Under the pieces are notes generated by a model. That model was given only the letters and a program-made list of their open reading frames with translations, had not been told where the DNA came from and searched no databases. A DNA stretch of 64,000 nt from Vairimorpha necatrix (lineage: Eukaryota): assembly GCA_036630325.1 (NCBI GenBank), contig CP142726.1, positions 868,001 to 932,000 of the forward strand, in the 5' to 3' direction. Positions 58,913 through 64,000 of this stretch are shown piece after piece; positions within the stretch are counted from its first letter, which is position 1, and each line of letters opens with the position of its first letter. Made by a program: the position numbers and the translations under genes.

Positions 58913-59642
58913 TGTTGAGAATACATATTTAATAAATTTAACCCTCAACTTACAATTATCTTTTACATGGTGGAGAATAAAAAATGATTAAGCCCAACAT
59001 AAACAAAAGAAGAGGTTGTAGGTTCCGTCGAGGCATGAGACGTAAAAATGCAGTATAGGTTAGAATGGGATGGTTGGTTGTCTAACGTAAGAGAAGGGGA
59101 TGGCTTGCATCAGCCGAGGGGCCCGGGTAGGTAAAGACGTTGAAAAGCTAGAAGAAACAGTATTTACTGTATTAAGATCTGACATAAGAGATGTCCAGAT
59201 TGAGTGTAGTGTTAATACCACTTTTCACTTTAAAGCTATCGTGGCATGATAGCAGAACCACCAGTGTTCAAAATTCAGAGAGATTTAAAAGGAGAAGAAA
59301 TCAAAAAGAAATTGTGTTGTAGCTGAATATTGAAATAGAAGGATAAAATCCGGTTCCACTATTGGGGAGACATGTGTAAAGGAAAATCCCATGCCCATAG
59401 ACTTTATGTATTAAAACAGGAAAAGAAAGTGCTGTTAAGGACAACAAGAAGGGATAGTAAGACGCGAAAGAGTAAAGCGCAGTCCATGGCCAGTTTACAT
59501 AAAAAACGCTCTTTTATTTTGAGAGCCAAGTAGTAGGCGTATGAAGTGTACTGATAATTACATCACGCAGTTTTAAATCAGCGCGGGGATGTTGAGAATA
59601 TATATTTAATAAAGAACCTCCTTACTTAAAATATCTTTAACA
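58913..59642 (+). mobile_element. Non-autonomous LTR element (730 bp) with ~54-bp LTRs
   Basis: Diverged TG...CA repeats 58913-58967 and 59590-59642; PBS TGGTGGAGAAT (complementary to a tRNA-Ala type 3' end); purine run gcgggga before the 3' LTR; degenerate TSD gcagt/atagt. Confidence 0.75.
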
Positions 59643-60024
59643 ATAGTAAAACTTTAAATAGTTTTTTATGCAATTATTTGATTATATTTGTGAGTATCGT
59701 TATTATATTAATTTAATGATTTTCTTCATATTTTCGCGTGCTTTTTCTGCAAACTTTCTTTTATACTTTATTTTTAATTTATTATTCGAGTCAACACTAA
59801 ACACAAATATTAACGTAAATACGAATGTAGAAACTTTCGTTTTTTATTTATGTGACTCGTCTTGACAGGCTACTTAAAATGTTTGAATTGTCTTTAAACA
59901 TACATGACAGATGATGTTTATGACGTCTGTATGTGATGTAGTAATGTAGATCACAGATATAAAATTTTATATAGACTTTAATTTTTTTTTTACTATTTAA
60001 ATAATTTTTTTTTCTACCCTTTTA

Positions 60025-61254
60025 ATGAATGCAATAATTTTTTATTTTGGATTGTCTACATTTATAGCTACTATAATAACGACTAAAATCAATCAGAAAA
60101 TATTATTAAACAAGATCAAGGATATTAATAGTGCCAAAAACTGCTATTTGTTTGAATCGCAAATTCATGATTCTGATCTTTCACTTGATGAAGTTCAATA
60201 TATTGGACATACTATATGGAGAGAATTAACTAATAAAAAGGAGTTTAGAAAAACTTTGAAAACAAACAATTTAGATGGTATTTTTAATGATAAAAAAGAA
60301 TATTATTTCAATAAGTACATAAATAAACTATTGATTGGTTTTAATTTAAAAAGTGAAGGCACTAAGACACCAGAACTAATAAAAGATGAAAATGGTTTTA
60401 TTGAACAAACAGTTTTCATGACACAAGATATCTTAAGATCTTTAAATTTATGCTATAAAGATACCATTAGTAAAGCAAAATCATTTAAAGATATCATTCA
60501 TAAAATTTTTGAAAAAAATTTGTGTCTCAAACATTACGGCAAAGACAAGTTACCAGGAGTTTTTCATAGACATTGTGGAGATTTTGCGGAACATTATATT
60601 AATTGTAAGGTGTACGATAGTCTTTATATGAAACAATGGTTTGAAAAGCACCGAGAGTTTTTATCACCTAGAAGATGTATTGAAAATAATATAGATTCTG
60701 ATAATGGGAATACTAAATTTACTACATATAGTGAAGATACACTAGATAGCCATACTACCACTACCACCCAAAATCCTGGCAATTGGACTAATACTAATAA
60801 AAATAACAAACGTAAGGTTAAAAGTACTACTCAATCCAATATTACAAATTCGGACGACAGTATTAATACCTCTACTCCCACTAATTTTAACTCAAATACT
60901 GATACTACTATTACTACTAATAGTGATAATATTTTGAATACCAATATGACGAATACTTCTGATTTATTAACTAGCCAAAATATAAATTATGATTTGTTGA
61001 ATGCACATAATAGTGGGAATGCAACTAATAACACTATTGCTCATGTTGATTTTGGGAATAATAACTTAGGATTTAATACAAACAATGGTATATTATCGGG
61101 TAATGGTTCTTATATGATTGGAAGCTTTATTATATTTATAGTGATGCTTATAATCGGAAGCATTAGTTTTATATTTTATCGAAGAAAAAAAAATTCCGCT
61201 AAATATAGTTTAATAAAACTAGAAAAAAATATAAGGCGCGCAGAATTTCCATAA
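60025..61254 (+). CDS. Putative type I membrane surface protein
   Basis: N-terminal hydrophobic segment, Cys-containing ectodomain, S/T/N-rich stalk, TM YMIGSFIIFIVMLIIGSISFIFY, stop-transfer RRKK, tail with YSLI. Confidence 0.85.
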   Translation: MNAIIFYFGLSTFIATIITTKINQKILLNKIKDINSAKNCYLFESQIHDSDLSLDEVQYIGHTIWRELTNKKEFRKTLKTNNLDGIFNDKKEYYFNKYINKLLIGFNLKSEGTKTPELIKDENGFIEQTVFMTQDILRSLNLCYKDTISKAKSFKDIIHKIFEKNLCLKHYGKDKLPGVFHRHCGDFAEHYINCKVYDSLYMKQWFEKHREFLSPRRCIENNIDSDNGNTKFTTYSEDTLDSHTTTTTQNPGNWTNTNKNNKRKVKSTTQSNITNSDDSINTSTPTNFNSNTDTTITTNSDNILNTNMTNTSDLLTSQNINYDLLNAHNSGNATNNTIAHVDFGNNNLGFNTNNGILSGNGSYMIGSFIIFIVMLIIGSISFIFYRRKKNSAKYSLIKLEKNIRRAEFP

Positions 61255-61534
61255 ATAAATGGTTTAATTATTTATTTTGGAATATTTTCTTTTTAGAATT
61301 TACATTTATGATTAAAGTTTTAGTAAGATTTTTTCAATTATCAACATCAACATATTTAATTGATCTAAATATTATTTTTTATATCTTAATATTATGAATA
61401 ATAAGTTTTTTTTGAATTTATTTTTTACGGTATATTTCTTTTAGAAAAATAGATAATATTAAAGAGCTCATAAATTATAACGCATATTACATGTGATTTG
61501 ATATGCTTTATTTTTAAATAATGGTGTTCATTTA

Positions 61535-61796
61535 TGTTTTCATGGAATAGTACCTAACTTTCAACGTACCCATATCAAAGAAACCGTAGAATTCGGAACG
61601 GAAGCATTTATAGGACAAATGTCCTTAAAATGATTTTATAAAGTCCAACTATGTCAATCCTGCATGGGCTTGATACTGATCAGGAAGGGATATATGAAAA
61701 CTAATATGAGAATTTCAGAAGAAATTGAGAGTGTATCTTGTGAAAAGTAATAAGTAATCTATTATAACCAAATAAATTTATTACTATTATTTTTTT
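61535..61796 (+). mobile_element. Older RLE-type LINE 3' fragment directly upstream of a younger copy
   Basis: Aligns with 62185-62487, including gtatcttgtgaaaagtaat and the ttactattattttt end. Confidence 0.8.
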
Positions 61797-62487
61797 ATGG
61801 CCACACAATGTGATCGTATGCTTTCACATGATTACATGAGACGGCACAATGAGGCACTGCGATGCATCCACCTGCAGTTGTGTAAGACGTATGGTCTATC
61901 CCATGCCAAAAGAATTAGAAATCATTCAGTCCAGGAATGTGTAGCTAATGAGTATGTTGAGATACGAGTTGACAGTAGGATACATCCAAGTATTAAAATA
62001 AAGTATAACAAGCCTGATATACTAATTGTAGACAAGTTGAGGAAAGAAGTGATCGTTGTAGAAGTTGGAATCACAAGTTTTAACAACTTCCATGCAGTAG
62101 AAACAGAAAAGAAACATAAATACGACTTGCTCGCAAATCATGTGGCTTCTCTCTACAAATACAAGCCGAAAATTATTCCTTATGTTATGACGTGGGATGG
62201 AATAGTAACTAATTTTCACCGTACGCATATCAAAGTGCTCAGATTAGAACCCAGAACGGAAGCATATATACAGTCAAGAGTCCTTAAAATGACTTTAGAA
62301 AGCCTAACTATGTCAGCCAGACATGGGCTTGATACAGATCAGGAAGGGGTCTTCGAGAGCCCAATGAGTGAATCTCAGAAGGAACTCCTGGAACTGCCAG
62401 ATGAGACTGTAAGCGTATCTTGTGAAAAGTAATTAATAAGCCGAATATTATACCCGAATAAATTATATAGTTTACTATTATTTTTTC
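61797..62487 (+). mobile_element. 5'-truncated non-LTR retrotransposon with restriction-like endonuclease (ORF 61797-62432)
   Basis: ATQC..M..HDY.RRHN (end of zinc knuckle + RH motif), NKPDILIVD...VEV, K..KY..LA: PD-(D/E)xK RLE domain. Confidence 0.9.
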
Positions 62488-64000
62488 CTATAGAATTATT
62501 TTCGAATACACAAATGTATTCAAATTTTACAATAGGTGAAATTCGGTAAAGGTTTATTACATAGGTTTAGGATGAATGTCATACTAAAGAAACGGGGACG
62601 GTTTATGTGATTAATTATACTTAAACGCAGAAGGTTTCTCTAATAATGATCTTTCGCTGTGTAATTACTTATCATTTTAGTATGAAAAACTAAAGGGTAG
62701 ATGAGCAAATACCGGAGAGACGAGACGATAGATGAATTCTTAAGAAACAGCAACACAATGACGCTATCATGTAGTTATTATGTGCCATAAAAAATTTTCC
62801 CACTAACTCGATTCACAAAAGTAAAATTTATTGAAGGTAAACTTAAAAAAAATCTTACTAAAATATAACTAACGTATAGTTAATTATGGGTGTAATGTAT
62901 AATAAAAGATTAATTATTTAGTCTTATATTAAACTTATTATACGTGAAAAATATCAATCAGTCATTTTTTTTCGTTAAAGTTGTATGGGGAAAACTCTCT
63001 CAACGTATAAAAGAAAATTTGAAAAAATAATAGCCATTAAAAAGAGAAATCAAAATAAATAAATTTATTGTAAATTATCATTCTTGAATAAATATCAAGA
63101 TGCAATTCCATTAAGAAATTTCAAACAGTCTTTATTTTTTGATATTTATATTTTTAGCATTTTTCCTTCCTTTTGGTATTATGTTTGTATATTTTAAAAA
63201 AATTCGAGTTCTTAAACACAATTAAAGTATAGTTGAATTTGAATTTAGTGGTTTAAATTATCTTTTTATTAAACCCCCCCCCCTTTGCTCCATTATTTGT
63301 GAATGCATGTCAAGTATTATTCTATATTTCATATAACTATAACGATAAAGTTTTTATTAACTTATTTGTCATATAATAGATGAGAGGGGGGGGTTCACAT
63401 GTATAGGTACTATAATCACGACATAGAATTTAATTATTTATTTAAATAAAAAATTTCTTATTTCTTCACAAATTAATATTAAACAAAGCAAAAATTTATG
63501 TAAAATCTATAATCCTATCATACTTGCATAATTATAAAATTTCAGATGATTTAATTTTTCTAAATCTGAATGTGAACAATGAAACACGTAAAATCTTATT
63601 TTGGTGTCTTAAAAACATTATTTAATGTTTATGTAGCGCCAACTCTCCGTTTATTATCATATTATACTTTTTTTTAAATATTCGTACGACTGAATATAAT
63701 TTAAAAGCTTCTACATATGTTTATATTTGATTATTTGGTGAATAAAATAAGTAAAAGGAATAAAAATATATTTATCTATATTAATTTTACAAAAAGTTGG
63801 ATTAAGGAATAAAAAGAAGAAAAAATGTCCCATTGATTGCAAAGACTTCCTTGTTGTTGGTGTGGTTTATATTTTTATCGGACCTGCATGCTATTATTCT
63901 TTCTTTGGTACTATAATATTATTTTTATGTACAATAAAGACCGGATCTTGCAATTAATAACTTATTGACCCTACAAAAGTATTAGAACAACATAAATTTA

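Overview
AT-rich eukaryotic DNA, most likely from a microsporidian of the Nosema/Vairimorpha type (inference from compact genes, CCC-like motifs just upstream of ATGs, and a 31-nt GTAAGT intron directly after the RPL37 start codon). Host genes: a compact Dicer, FIP1, MLH1, RPL37, Dopey/DOP1, an Hsp104/ClpB chaperone preceded by three heat-shock elements, GINS PSF3, two inverted-duplicated TPP1/Est3-like OB-fold genes, two paralogous secreted Asn-rich proteins and one type I membrane protein. The rest is dense with nested mobile DNA: Merlin, MULE, hAT-Buster, pogo and mariner remnants, and RLE-type LINE fragments. Four things stand out. (1) An intact 3.18-kb Ty3/Gypsy element has identical 49-bp LTRs, no leader and no recognisable protease, and a second ~55-bp-LTR non-autonomous element is also present. 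(2) A ~770-bp tRNA-headed SINE family has about 8 copies, one full-length with a 13-bp TSD. (3) A head-to-tail array of four ~520-bp Helitrons sits at an A|T site inside a Merlin transposase. (4) A near-perfect ~105-bp-arm inverted repeat lies just upstream of Dicer. All calls are by eye; no database search was run.
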